Virus record (IMG/VR): IMGVR_UViG_3300028284_000003 | Coordinates: 1 to 64,000 of that record | Length of the DNA: 64,000 nucleotides | Source of the DNA: a virus | Lineage: Duplodnaviria; Caudoviricetes | Reading direction: 5' to 3' (one strand) | Notes under the pieces: model-generated | Seen by the model: the letters and a program-made list of their open reading frames with translations, nothing else | What the model was told of the DNA's origin: nothing | Database searches by the model: none | Translations under genes and position numbers: made by a program | Shown here: positions 46,764-56,228 of the stretch, in pieces | Layout of the letters: every line of letters begins with the position of its first letter | Position numbering within the stretch: position 1 is the first letter of the stretch

Positions 46764-47283
46764 CTGCAGTTTCTAGAGTAGGTTCAACTTCTTCCGTATT
46801 CTCCATTGCAGTAATGTTAGTGTCAAGATCTCTTAATCTAACATGTATGTCTGAAATTTCTTTATTAGACTCAGTAAGTTCATTCATTGCATTAGTCACT
46901 GACTCACCTACCATTGTAAGCATTTTTACAAATTTTCTTGCGTTTTCAACGCCAGTTCCTTGTACATTTAAGAGTGCTTGATAGAGGCCATTTAACTCAT
47001 AAGCCTTAAGTTCTAATGTTACTTTATAATCATCTCCTGCTGTTTCAAGTTCTTTTTTAATTCTACTTCTTTCTGCTTTTAACCTATCAAATAAAGTTAC
47101 AACAATTGCTGCATTCTTAGTTTCCCAAGTATATCCTTTATTTAAATGGTCTTGTATTGTTTTAATCATTGATACGTCTTCGACTTCTACGTTAAAAATC
47201 ATAGCCGCGTTTGCTTTTGCAAGTTCAGTAACTTTACCTTCAAGTTCTGTTCTTTCTGTTTTTAAATCTTCTAAATTTGTCAT
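46747..47283 (-). CDS. Coiled-coil hypothetical protein
   Basis: 178 aa; GATATATAA at 47309-47317. Confidence 0.6.
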   Translation of the reverse strand: MTNLEDLKTERTELEGKVTELAKANAAMIFNVEVEDVSMIKTIQDHLNKGYTWETKNAAIVVTLFDRLKAERSRIKKELETAGDDYKVTLELKAYELNGLYQALLNVQGTGVENARKFVKMLTMVGESVTNAMNELTESNKEISDIHVRLRDLDTNITAMENTEEVEPTLETADETKG

Positions 47284-47317
47284 TGTTTGTTTGTTTTAAA
47301 ATTACTATTTATATATC

Positions 47318-47791
47318 CTAAAATTCTGGATTGGTCACTCGTAGATCATAGTCTTCGAATTCGTTAAATTGCTTCATATCCTCTATCTCTCTTGACATTG
47401 GATGGTAAGCTTTGTCATCTCTTAAGATTAATCTAGTTAACCTCGTGGTAGGGTTAATGTCTAAGTAAATTATTAAACATTCCTTTTTAATTTCTTCTGG
47501 TAACAACTTAAGGCCATCTGGTGACATGATTAATACATCACTTTTTTGATATTCCTCTCTTGTCATTCCATATTTCCAACCTTTAAAATCCATATACTCA
47601 AGCATATCGCCTGCTTCTACGATTTTCATAAAAGACTCGTCGTCAGTATAGTAATAATCTACACCTTCTGTTTCTGTTTCTCTTGGAGATCTTGTTGTGT
47701 GGCTTACAGCTCCTTTAAAACCTTTCTCTGCAAGTCTTGCTCTAAAATAATCCTTACCTGCTGCAGCCTTGCCTACTAATATAATTTTCAT
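47318..47791 (-). CDS. gmk: Guanylate kinase-like protein
   Basis: G.AAAGKD, VSHTTRSPR..E.EGVDYY and LEY..F.G..YG. Confidence 0.8.
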   Translation of the reverse strand: MKIILVGKAAAGKDYFRARLAEKGFKGAVSHTTRSPRETETEGVDYYYTDDESFMKIVEAGDMLEYMDFKGWKYGMTREEYQKSDVLIMSPDGLKLLPEEIKKECLIIYLDINPTTRLTRLILRDDKAYHPMSREIEDMKQFNEFEDYDLRVTNPEF

Positions 47792-47972
47792 ATAGTGTTT
47801 AAGTTATCGATGTTTGACTTATCTAAATTGTCTAATCTTAATTGTCTAAGCTTTGCTCTTAGGCTTTGTATTTCCTTTAAGTGGGAAGTATTAGTCTCGC
47901 CTGCTAATAGGCTTTCCATTTCCTTTAAGATTTCAATTTCTATTCTGTTGTATTCAGCTTCTTCCATGTTTA

Positions 47973-47998
47973 TTATATACTAAAAAAATTAATTGTTT
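47973..47998 (-). promoter_or_regulatory. AAAC-N16-ATATAA promoter
   Basis: Exact TTATAT-N16-GTTT. Confidence 0.6.
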
Positions 47999-48735
47999 AA
48001 CTCTGACAGTGATTTATATTTAAAATTTCTTACAACATATTCTGAAGTAGGGTGATTGTTTACATCTACGCCTGCATCGACATGTGCATTTATTTTTACA
48101 TTCATTGATTTACCACGATATTCCTTTAATAGTTCTGGATCTTTAAGCTCTCTGACTAGTCTATCATTATAAAATATTTTAATCACATCCGGTGTCCATA
48201 AACAGCCAAATTTATTAAAATGTTTTGCTGGATTTTTCCAACCTAACCAATGCGTCTTTGGTCCTAAATGATAATTATCAGGTTGTTTGCCACAATGGAA
48301 ATTAGTTTCTACTCTCCAAAAGCCAAATGGATTAAAAAGATCAAAGTGAAAAAAGTGTTCTTTGTTTTTTGAATAAGCTTCAAAGACATCAATTTCAGGT
48401 GGCCAACTTTCAAATGGACTCATCCAAAATGCAGGCCACAAGTTTTTACCCGTTGGCAACTTAGCCTCTATTTCAAAATATCCATAGCCAAAGCCATCGA
48501 CACTTGATACTAAACCTACTCCTATTGGAATTTCAAGTTCTGTTAGTTCAGAATTGTAATGAAGCGCATTGCCTTTAAATGTTTTTGGATTCATTTGAGT
48601 CTTTAAAATCATTTCATCCTTTTCATTTATTTCTATTGCGCTTCTATCATAATAGCAATATGCTTTGTCAGGGTGATATGTTCCCCATTTTTCTCTTGGA
48701 CGCCATTTATATCCGCCCCATTGTATATGTGCCAT
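47989..48735 (-). CDS. Glycoside hydrolase family 16
   Basis: YGYFEIEAKLP, WPAFW and WPPEIDVFE catalytic motif. Confidence 0.9.
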   Translation of the reverse strand: MAHIQWGGYKWRPREKWGTYHPDKAYCYYDRSAIEINEKDEMILKTQMNPKTFKGNALHYNSELTELEIPIGVGLVSSVDGFGYGYFEIEAKLPTGKNLWPAFWMSPFESWPPEIDVFEAYSKNKEHFFHFDLFNPFGFWRVETNFHCGKQPDNYHLGPKTHWLGWKNPAKHFNKFGCLWTPDVIKIFYNDRLVRELKDPELLKEYRGKSMNVKINAHVDAGVDVNNHPTSEYVVRNFKYKSLSELNN

Positions 48736-48746
48736 TTTATTTAAAT

Positions 48747-49076
48747 TTATTTAGTTGGATCATATAAGAAGTATTTTAATGTAAGTTCTTCCCCTGCTTT
48801 AATATCTTTAATTGTCCATAGATATAAATCCTTAGAATTTGTGTCATAGACTTGTCCTTCGAAAACTGTATCTGTTTCAGTATTTGGTGTTTTACTGTAA
48901 TTTATAAAACCACCCAAAGGAAGTCTAATATAACCATCTTGGAAATTTTCGTTAAATACATGAGACAAGCCTAAACATGTGCCTTTTAAAATGTCTTCTG
49001 TTGCAAAAAGTCCAATGCCTTCTATATTTGATTTCTTTATAGTTAAGTTATCGGGTAAGGGTCTATAATATTTCAC
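48747..49076 (-). CDS. SET-domain protein
   Basis: SNIEGIGLFA, FINYS..PN and DIKAGEELTLKY. Confidence 0.85.
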   Translation of the reverse strand: MKYYRPLPDNLTIKKSNIEGIGLFATEDILKGTCLGLSHVFNENFQDGYIRLPLGGFINYSKTPNTETDTVFEGQVYDTNSKDLYLWTIKDIKAGEELTLKYFLYDPTK

Positions 49077-49077
49077 T

Positions 49078-49461
49078 TTACTTAAATTTATCTTTTACTC
49101 TTTCTGAAATTGGAATTGCATCTCCCATTTCATCAATTCTTACAAACTTTATATTTGTTTGTAAAATAATATTTTGTTTGCCATTATAAACATTGTGGCT
49201 TCTGGCTTCTAAATATAAATCTATAGAAGTTGTTCCTATAGAATCAACCTTTGCGTACATTTTTAGTAGCTGACCTTCCTTTGCCGGCTTTGTAAAAACA
49301 CATTTATTTATGCATTTTGTAACCATTCTTGGAGTATCGCACATTTCTGCTGCATAGCTTGCTGCAGCCGCATCTAACCAAGCCAAGAGTTTCCCTCCAA
49401 ACAAGTTTCCATGAAAGCCTAAATCTGATTTTTTTATTGGGTGTGTACTAACTAACTGCAT
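49078..49461 (-). CDS. Acyl-CoA thioesterase (hotdog fold)
   Basis: DL..HGNLFGGKLLAWLD, GTTS and FVRIDE.G. Confidence 0.88.
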   Translation of the reverse strand: MQLVSTHPIKKSDLGFHGNLFGGKLLAWLDAAAASYAAEMCDTPRMVTKCINKCVFTKPAKEGQLLKMYAKVDSIGTTSIDLYLEARSHNVYNGKQNIILQTNIKFVRIDEMGDAIPISERVKDKFK

Positions 49462-49630
49462 TTACTATTTTTTGGCAACGTTCATATTCTTCTTCATTTT
49501 CGTAATGTTTTAATATTACATCTCTATCTGTATGGTCAACTGGTAACCAAAACTCTTCGCCTAAATCATCATAGTTTATTTCACCCATGTATAATCTATA
49601 AGCATTATCATATGATTGATCTATATTCAT
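49448..49630 (-). CDS. UVR-like motif protein, paralogue 3
   Basis: WLPVD..LKHYENEEEYERCQKI. Confidence 0.55.
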   Translation of the reverse strand: MNIDQSYDNAYRLYMGEINYDDLGEEFWLPVDHTDRDVILKHYENEEEYERCQKIVNAVS

Positions 49631-49860
49631 TTTTCTTGTTCGTCTACGTCTATTATTTCTGGTTTATCTAAGCACTCATTAACTGCAGCATCTGACATAT
49701 CTAAAACTTCTCTTAAATAATCTGCCACTTTTCTACAAGTTTCTTCTTGTGCATTCTTAATCATTGTCTCAAGCTGACCTTCTCTATAACTGTCTCTATA
49801 GAATTCTGAGTCTTCAAGCCAATTTATAAAAAGTCTAAGTCTATTTTCTAAATTTTTCAT
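49627..49860 (-). CDS. Hypothetical protein
   Basis: 77 aa, translationally coupled. Confidence 0.55.
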   Translation of the reverse strand: MKNLENRLRLFINWLEDSEFYRDSYREGQLETMIKNAQEETCRKVADYLREVLDMSDAAVNECLDKPEIIDVDEQEK

Positions 49861-50372
49861 CCTCTTATTTCTTTAAGTTCTTTTTGTACTTTATTCCAAT
49901 AATGTTGGGTCTTGATTTTCTTAGGGCCTCGAGGACCTCCATTCCAACACCTTGCAATTACCTCATCACTGTCTTCTATGTGATGAAAGTCTCTCCAAAC
50001 AATAAACATTTCAATAGATTTTTGTCTACTAAAACGATCTTTTCTTTTATAACGTAGTTTAGAACCTTGGATTTTTAAGATTCTATTTACTTCTCTCACC
50101 ATAATTGGACGTATTTGTAAGACACCAACTGATGGTTCTCCTAAATGTTTATCTCCTAATAGATTTGACTTACCTCTACTTTCAACATTAATTAATGCAT
50201 ATATTAAAGTAGAATCTATTACCTTTACGGTATCATTAATTACGTTAATTATTGTTTCGTTTTCTAAACAATCTTCTACATTTTCAGTATCGCCGGTGAT
50301 AGAACCTGCCCAAAATGCAAATGGAACTAATAATGAACTAATTCTTGGTATTGACATTGTTTCTAAAATCAT
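49857..50372 (-). CDS. Lysozyme-like / lytic transglycosylase protein
   Basis: ALINVESRG, GVLQI and ARCWNGGP. Confidence 0.8.
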   Translation of the reverse strand: MILETMSIPRISSLLVPFAFWAGSITGDTENVEDCLENETIINVINDTVKVIDSTLIYALINVESRGKSNLLGDKHLGEPSVGVLQIRPIMVREVNRILKIQGSKLRYKRKDRFSRQKSIEMFIVWRDFHHIEDSDEVIARCWNGGPRGPKKIKTQHYWNKVQKELKEIRG

Positions 50373-50535
50373 TCTAATCTTTTTAGTTTACTGTGATATT
50401 TTAATAATAACTTTCTTGAAAATTGATCTACTGTTCCTTCTTCTATTACTTCTTTAACAATTAATTGGTGCAATTCATGAATTCTTGATTCAACGTAACT
50501 TCTATGTCTCATTTGTCTTCTTCTAAAAGAGAATT

Positions 50536-50787
50536 TCATATATCTTTAGGATTTAACCAATCGTTTGCACAACATGAATTTAATATTTGAATTTCTTCAT
50601 CGAGTTCATTAATATAATCTAATAATTTAGAGTTGTCAATTTGTAAGTCTAAATGTTGATCTACTAATAAAGCTTCTTTTTCTTTATAGTTTTTTTCTGA
50701 ATTTTTTATATTTTTTCTTAAAATTATAATACACGATAAAAGAATTAAAATTATAAAAAATTGTACTAGTTTTAGTGCTTTTTTCAT
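50536..50787 (-). CDS. Membrane-anchored coiled-coil protein
   Basis: N-terminal TM helix plus heptad pattern. Confidence 0.5.
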   Translation of the reverse strand: MKKALKLVQFFIILILLSCIIILRKNIKNSEKNYKEKEALLVDQHLDLQIDNSKLLDYINELDEEIQILNSCCANDWLNPKDI

Positions 50788-50797
50788 TTTGTTTTCT

Positions 50798-52090
50798 TTA
50801 AAAATCTCTGGCTTCTTCGTAGACTGCTTTAATTACTGGGAACCTTAGTGAATGTTCTCCTTCTTGATTTGTAGTTTCTTCGAAGTATTGCACGGTTATG
50901 GTTTTGTTTAATATTTTATTAGGATTTTCAAAAAAGTTTCTTTTTTGTTCAAGACTAAAGCCACTACCAACTTGTACCCTATTGCCTTTGTGTTCTATAA
51001 CTACATTTTTAAGCATCATTTCATCAACTTCTTTACCATCTACAATTACCCTGTTGATAGCATTTTCAAGATCAACTACTGTATATTCTGCATCGAACAT
51101 TTTTTTAACCTTTAAAATGTCTTGGCTTCTCTTACCTTTATAAACATCATCTTTTCTTAGCATCAAACCTTCCCAACCTTCTTTGGCTGCGATTGCCATT
51201 TGTTCATTTACCATGTCTTCACCTGTCGTTAAATACTGTTGTAAATATTTAATATACTTTAGATTTGGATCTCCTAGAATCATCTCAAGCGTCTGCAGCC
51301 TAAGACATAGTGGCTCTTTTGAAACTTTATTAGTAAAATCTTCTAGTGTAATTAAATCAAATGCTTGAAATAATGGCTTTTCAATCGTGTGATCTTTTCT
51401 TTTAATTTCTTTAATAATAGATTGAAAATCCTCGTTTCCATTCTTGTCTACCATACATATCTCGCCATCAATTACAACATGTCTAAGGTCTAGACTCTCT
51501 AATTCATGTCTAACATTTTCTAGTGTAAGAAACGATTTGCCACTTCTTGAGTAGAGACTTACTTCTCCCCATTCATTAAAAAATGCAAGGCATCTAACTC
51601 CATCGAGCTTCCTACTAAGATACCAATCATCTTCTGTAAAATTTACTTTCTTTTTAATTTTATCATCATAGGCTGATGCTAATGCAACGTCAAATGTAGG
51701 CACGCATCCTGGGATTACCTTATTAATCATTGAAGCAGTAGATCTTGTTTTAAGATTCCTGTCTATGATATTATAAATAAGATCTGCATGTTCTTCGTTG
51801 TTACTAATAAACCCATTAACTTCTGCAAGTGCAGCATGGCCTGTAATTTCTCTATTATCTAACCTATCTAAGAGATTAAACAAATTATTGCCAGCATGAG
51901 AGTTCATTAGGTCACTTCTCTTCTTTAGATTTTTTGAAGTAACATAATATTGTTTAAATGGTGAGTATACATACTTGAGCATTCTAGTGACCTCTAGATC
52001 ATCCTTAAACTGTTCTAATACTTTTAACTTATCTAAGTTTGAGTTTGATGAATTACTTTGCTCTACAAAAGCTTTTATTTTTTCTAACAT
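50798..52090 (-). CDS. ATP-dependent DNA ligase
   Basis: KLDGVR, DGEI, FDLI, EGLMLR, LKVK, VGSGF and LRFP motifs. Confidence 0.95.
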   Translation of the reverse strand: MLEKIKAFVEQSNSSNSNLDKLKVLEQFKDDLEVTRMLKYVYSPFKQYYVTSKNLKKRSDLMNSHAGNNLFNLLDRLDNREITGHAALAEVNGFISNNEEHADLIYNIIDRNLKTRSTASMINKVIPGCVPTFDVALASAYDDKIKKKVNFTEDDWYLSRKLDGVRCLAFFNEWGEVSLYSRSGKSFLTLENVRHELESLDLRHVVIDGEICMVDKNGNEDFQSIIKEIKRKDHTIEKPLFQAFDLITLEDFTNKVSKEPLCLRLQTLEMILGDPNLKYIKYLQQYLTTGEDMVNEQMAIAAKEGWEGLMLRKDDVYKGKRSQDILKVKKMFDAEYTVVDLENAINRVIVDGKEVDEMMLKNVVIEHKGNRVQVGSGFSLEQKRNFFENPNKILNKTITVQYFEETTNQEGEHSLRFPVIKAVYEEARDF

Positions 52091-52108
52091 ATTTTATCTT
52101 TGTTTTAA

Positions 52109-52167
52109 TTATAATACTAATATAACTATAATCTTTGACCCGTGAAAACTTTTTAACACTTTTTTTC
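52109..52167 (-). promoter_or_regulatory. Early-type promoter repeat E6 (ligase)
   Basis: Repeat core without the distal box. Confidence 0.72.
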
Positions 52168-52285
52168 ACTTTTTTTCCAGTGCCATGCACCTGAGCCTAT
52201 ATAATAATCTTTTACATATCCCATTGCTTCCATTTCATACTCAATAGGTGTGCCATTTCTTTTAGAAGCTGTCATTGCATAATAA

Positions 52286-52510
52286 CTATTCAAGTCCACT
52301 TTCTTCTTTTATAATTTTTAAAAGTTGATGTAAGTTTATTGCCATAATTACAAGGTTAGTAATTATAATAGGCATGCTTAAAATAAGTAAACCATAAATT
52401 GTAAATAAAAAACAACCTATTGTATTAACAGTTCTTAATCTTTTTATATTTTGTATAGTAAACGAAAATATAACTAGAGCAGTTGCCACGTATCCTAAAA
52501 TTTCTATCAT
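52286..52510 (-). CDS. YgjV-like small inner-membrane protein
   Basis: GYVA..SF..LR.VN.IG..F.IYG..P...N. Confidence 0.7.
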   Translation of the reverse strand: MIEILGYVATALVIFSFTIQNIKRLRTVNTIGCFLFTIYGLLILSMPIIITNLVIMAINLHQLLKIIKEESGLE

Positions 52511-52641
52511 TTTTCTAATTCTTTTAATCTTGCTGGAATTACATGTGTAAAGTTACAAGTGTCGCAGCATCTTTTATTATTAACAGGCTCTGCGTTATTA
52601 CCAAAGCCTGTTATTTTATTGTTACATATTGAACATTTCAT
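52507..52641 (-). CDS. Small Cys-rich Zn-binding phage protein
   Basis: Manual translation MKCSIC..GNNAEP..CCDTCN..VIPARL. Confidence 0.65.
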   Translation of the reverse strand: MKCSICNNKITGFGNNAEPVNNKRCCDTCNFTHVIPARLKELEK

Positions 52642-52646
52642 ATAGA

Positions 52647-52672
52647 TTATATGAAAAAATGTAGTTTTGTTT
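52647..52672 (-). promoter_or_regulatory. AAAC-N16-ATATAA promoter
   Basis: Exact TTATAT-N16-GTTT. Confidence 0.65.
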
Positions 52673-52871
52673 ATCTACCTAAAATCAATTTCTTAAAAAA
52701 TGGAATTGAACTATAAATAGCAAGTGCCATAATTGTCCATCCCCACCATACACTAAATTGACTAGAATTTGGATCCATTATATCTCTATAACCCATTATT
52801 ATTAAATAACAATTTATAAAACCTATTAAACCTTCGTTTTCAGTTATTCTTTTTATTATTTGTTGTTTCAT
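52671..52871 (-). CDS. Small two-TM protein
   Basis: Hydrophobic segments. Confidence 0.5.
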   Translation of the reverse strand: MKQQIIKRITENEGLIGFINCYLIIMGYRDIMDPNSSQFSVWWGWTIMALAIYSSIPFFKKLILGR

Positions 52872-52931
52872 GTTTTTTTATTTTTATAATTAAACGTAAC
52901 TTGATTTTATTAAATTGTATTTAATTGTTGA

Positions 52932-52957
52932 TTATATTAAAAAAGTTAACCTTGTTT
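52932..52957 (-). promoter_or_regulatory. AAAC-N16-ATATAA promoter
   Basis: Exact TTATAT-N16-GTTT. Confidence 0.6.
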
Positions 52958-53381
52958 ATTTTATAGGTAAACGTGTTGTAATTTCTTTAAGTAACTTATC
53001 TAGTGTTTGAGAACTCCACATGCCTGTTTTTTTCCAAGTATTTGTTAGTGCACTTTTTGTATTTTCAAATATTTCAATTCCAAGATCATGGTCGTAAATG
53101 CAAATTTCGTTAGTATTTCTATCAGTGTATGCAATATATAAGTTTTTACCTATGTATTTTTTATCTAATGTGGCCCTAGATCCTTTTAACTGGATTTGAA
53201 TATTTTCACCATTAAGAAAATTATAGGCTATCATATCAGCACCGTGTTTATCTGCGGTAATTAAATTACATACATATCCATATTCTACAAGCGTTGATGC
53301 TGTTTTTGCATAATTATATACTTCTTGTTCTTTTCCTATTAAATTTGTGTAATTTACTTTTTCTTTAAATAAATGTTTCAT
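52956..53381 (-). CDS. PD-(D/E)XK endonuclease-like protein
   Basis: E..N..YG...D..GAD.IA..IQLKG. Confidence 0.6.
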   Translation of the reverse strand: MKHLFKEKVNYTNLIGKEQEVYNYAKTASTLVEYGYVCNLITADKHGADMIAYNFLNGENIQIQLKGSRATLDKKYIGKNLYIAYTDRNTNEICIYDHDLGIEIFENTKSALTNTWKKTGMWSSQTLDKLLKEITTRLPIK

Positions 53382-53383
53382 TG

Positions 53384-53575
53384 TTAATCGTTTTTAATTT
53401 TTATTTTGTGCCATTCTTGAGCAAACCAGCACATCATTTTCTTTTCCTTTCTAAGCATTCTTTTAGAAAGTTCAATAGCATATTTCAATCCAGCCTCTGT
53501 ATTATCATGGTACAGCTCAGCTTCGAATTGCTCAATTAAACATGCTATTGGTGTTTTTATTTGTTGATGTTTCAT
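53384..53575 (-). CDS. Hypothetical protein
   Basis: 63 aa ORF. Confidence 0.55.
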   Translation of the reverse strand: MKHQQIKTPIACLIEQFEAELYHDNTEAGLKYAIELSKRMLRKEKKMMCWFAQEWHKIKIKND

Positions 53576-53578
53576 ATA

Positions 53579-53704
53579 ATTATAATTACATGTTTCTTGG
53601 GAAATTTACATAAAAATTAAAACTTTTTTAAAACTTATGTTTTTTGTATTTCCTTATATTATTATAATTACATGTTTCTTGGAAAATTTACATAAAAATT
53701 AAAA
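53579..53704. repeat. 44 bp direct repeat, 43/44 identical (53579-53622 and 53661-53704)
   Basis: ATTATAATTACATGTTTCTTGG(G/A)AAATTTACATAAAAATTAAAA; ends in TATAAT on the minus strand. Confidence 0.85.
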
Positions 53705-53725
53705 AAGACCCATTAAGGGTCTTTT
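53701..53725 (-). terminator. Rho-independent terminator
   Basis: AAAAGACCC-ATTAA-GGGTCTTTT hairpin. Confidence 0.75.
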
Positions 53726-53756
53726 ATTTTAAAACAATATAATATGAATCTTATTG

Positions 53757-54224
53757 TTAAAAGTCGCCTGGAGCAACTTGCATACATGTTAGGTTGTTGT
53801 TTCTCCACATTTTTACAACTTTATCTCTGTCATCAAAGACACAAACAATATTGCTTTTATCTGGAAATAAATCATCTAACCAATTTTGTTTAAGTTGATC
53901 ATCTGGCTTAAACATCCAATCTTTGCCAGTTGGTCTCATCTTAATCACATGAAAAGGTACTTTATGTTTAACCAACCAACCCTTAGTAGTCAATTGCGTA
54001 CCTTTACTTCTACCACTAAAGATAGCGATCATATGGCCAGAATCTGCAAGAATTTGAGCCATTTTTATCACAGCATGGTTTGGCTGATCTAAACTGATAT
54101 TCTTTGGGTCAAAAAATATGTCCCAATCTATTTTACCATTTGGCTTTGTTGCTAATTTTCTTCTTGCATCTATATTCGCTAAGGTTCCATCTAAGTCGAA
54201 TATTACCCATTTTTGATCTGTCAT
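53757..54224 (-). CDS. HAD phosphatase (PseT/PNK phosphatase domain-like)
   Basis: FDLDGTLA, SGR, MRP..D..K and FDDR..VV.MWR..QVA.GDF. Confidence 0.88.
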   Translation of the reverse strand: MTDQKWVIFDLDGTLANIDARRKLATKPNGKIDWDIFFDPKNISLDQPNHAVIKMAQILADSGHMIAIFSGRSKGTQLTTKGWLVKHKVPFHVIKMRPTGKDWMFKPDDQLKQNWLDDLFPDKSNIVCVFDDRDKVVKMWRNNNLTCMQVAPGDF

Positions 54225-54241
54225 TTTTTTACGTTTTAAAT

Positions 54242-54300
54242 TTATAATACTAATATAACTATTTTCTTTGACCTGTGAAAATTTTTAGGCAACTTTTTTC
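54242..54300 (-). promoter_or_regulatory. Early-type promoter repeat E7
   Basis: Repeat core. Confidence 0.7.
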
Positions 54301-54665
54301 AACATTTTTTTAGTTGCATAATTTAGAATCTTTTTAAGTCTTTCTTCTCTTGTAAGAAGCATGATTCTTTCTTTACCTACCCAATTATAAGTATCTCCAG
54401 TTTCTTGACTTTTCCAAGATGCTGGATAAGTTTTAGTTGGGTTTAATTGCCAGCAAGTATCTTGTAGTTTTTTATTATCTGACCTTCTAGTCCAATATCT
54501 TATTTTTCTAACATAGCCAGTAGAATATTCTGCTACTGTTTCTCCAGTCTTTAGTCTCCACATTGAAGTACCATTTTTCTTTTGTGTTTTAGATGAGATA
54601 TTTTTTGCACCCATTGTTTCTAAAACTTCTTCGTATATTTTTTCTTTACTTTCCATTATTTTCAA
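54285..54665 (-). CDS. Hypothetical early protein
   Basis: ORF between E7 and E8. Confidence 0.6.
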   Translation of the reverse strand: MKIMESKEKIYEEVLETMGAKNISSKTQKKNGTSMWRLKTGETVAEYSTGYVRKIRYWTRRSDNKKLQDTCWQLNPTKTYPASWKSQETGDTYNWVGKERIMLLTREERLKKILNYATKKMLKKVA

Positions 54666-54704
54666 GTGTTAATTTGTGATTAATTCATTTTGTTTAAGTT
54701 TTAA

Positions 54705-54780
54705 TCATAATACTAATATAACTATAATCTTTGACATAAAAAAATCTAGAGGCAACTTTTTTCAAAAAGTTATGAACAAT
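54705..54780 (-). promoter_or_regulatory. Early-type promoter repeat E8
   Basis: Near-identical to E1. Confidence 0.75.
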
Positions 54781-55054
54781 TAAACGTTTAAAGTTTCCCA
54801 AAAGTCGTTATTTGCTTTTACTTCTGCTTCTTTATCGGTATAACCTAAGTCTAGATACTTTTGAAAAAACTTTTCCAAAAGATTATTATTTATTACATTA
54901 ATCATCTTTGTGTTTTTTAAACAGTTCTTCCCATTCATCCATGGTATAGTTTAACATTCTTCTAATTCTTGTTCTTTCTGTTTCAGAGCCTCGTAGCCAA
55001 CCCATTAAATAGGTTGCTGCGATTACTCCGATTATTGCAATTAAATCCGACATA

Positions 55055-55513
55055 TTATTTGTTTATTTTATATGCGTAACTGGCATGGGTTTTTGTGTTC
55101 ATGCTTTTCCATAAATCATAGTCAACCATCTTTTTCCAAGCATTGTGCATGTGAGTTACTTTTAAGTTGTTTAAGAATGTTTTATCTATTGAGTAAAATT
55201 TACCACCTTTAGTAGTTAATACATTAAACCAATGTTCAGAACCATCTTTGAATTTTTTTAATACCTGTACATTATCTAAAAAAGTATAAGTTGATGAGAT
55301 AAATCTTTCAGGAGTAGCCGTTTGGTCACTGATATTTAAAAATCCAGCTTTACATTTACAAGTATATCTGAATTTGTATTCAACTCCTTCTTCTAAATGA
55401 TTTGAAACTGTAAATTTTAAGTATTTACCTTTATTGTCTTTTTGAGTAACACTGCCAAAAAATACAGTATTGCTTCCTTCTAATTGTTGTTTTGATTTTT
55501 TTACTATTTCCAT
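55055..55513 (-). CDS. Hypothetical early protein
   Basis: 152 aa after E9. Confidence 0.65.
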   Translation of the reverse strand: MEIVKKSKQQLEGSNTVFFGSVTQKDNKGKYLKFTVSNHLEEGVEYKFRYTCKCKAGFLNISDQTATPERFISSTYTFLDNVQVLKKFKDGSEHWFNVLTTKGGKFYSIDKTFLNNLKVTHMHNAWKKMVDYDLWKSMNTKTHASYAYKINK

Positions 55514-55529
55514 TTGTTTTAAGTTTTAA

Positions 55530-55604
55530 TTATAATACTAATATAACTATAATTTTTGACACGTGAAAACTTTTTAACACTTATTTTTAAAAGTTATTAA
55601 CAAT
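55530..55604 (-). promoter_or_regulatory. Early-type promoter repeat E9
   Basis: Full repeat. Confidence 0.75.
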
Positions 55605-56070
55605 TCCATTTTTTAAATTCTTCTATACTAGTGTTTTCACATAAATGATCTTCGACTTCTAATAATCTTGCGGCCATGAATGTCATATTATCTATAACCT
55701 GTAAAACATCTTTGACTGAACTTAAATTAGTGCTCATTAATTTGTCTGCAATTGACTTAACTCCACCATTCATATGTTCAACATGAATTATTCTATCTAT
55801 TTTAAAGTTATTTTTTAATTTGTGATTAAGTCTATAAATTTCAGAGGTTGTCATATACTCATTATAGTCACAACCTATTTCTTTTAATTTTTGTTGTAGT
55901 CTTTTTGTTAAAAGAACTTTGTAGGTTTTATGGATTCTTCTAACCGCCCTACTTACTGAATCTCTTGCTGTAACAGTATGATAATCTTTAACATCTTGTA
56001 AAGCAGTTAAAGAACCATATAGTGAAACTGCTCTTGTATTTGTTTTAAATTCTTCTAATTGATTTTTCAT
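55597..56070 (-). CDS. Hypothetical early protein (HVEH motif, possibly nuclease-like)
   Basis: 157 aa between E9 and E10. Confidence 0.55.
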   Translation of the reverse strand: MKNQLEEFKTNTRAVSLYGSLTALQDVKDYHTVTARDSVSRAVRRIHKTYKVLLTKRLQQKLKEIGCDYNEYMTTSEIYRLNHKLKNNFKIDRIIHVEHMNGGVKSIADKLMSTNLSSVKDVLQVIDNMTFMAARLLEVEDHLCENTSIEEFKKWNC

Positions 56071-56080
56071 AGTTTATAAT

Positions 56081-56155
56081 TATAAATACTAATATAAACA
56101 AAAAAAGCGACCCGTGAAAATCCAGGGTCGCTTTTTTTTAAAACTTATTAACAAT
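56081..56155 (-). promoter_or_regulatory. Early-type promoter repeat E10 with perfect 14 bp stem-loop
   Basis: AAAAAAAGCGACCC..GGGTCGCTTTTTTT. Confidence 0.75.
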
Positions 56156-56228
56156 TTAACCATACCAGTATAATAGATAAAGTGCAATAGATGCTGCTAT
56201 TAAATATGCAGCCCATGTTAGTGTGTAT

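Noticed and set aside
50798-52090. Intein or intron in the ligase (also checked by eye in pckA, galE and sheath)
   Set aside because: Lengths and motif spacing are normal; no splicing motifs seen
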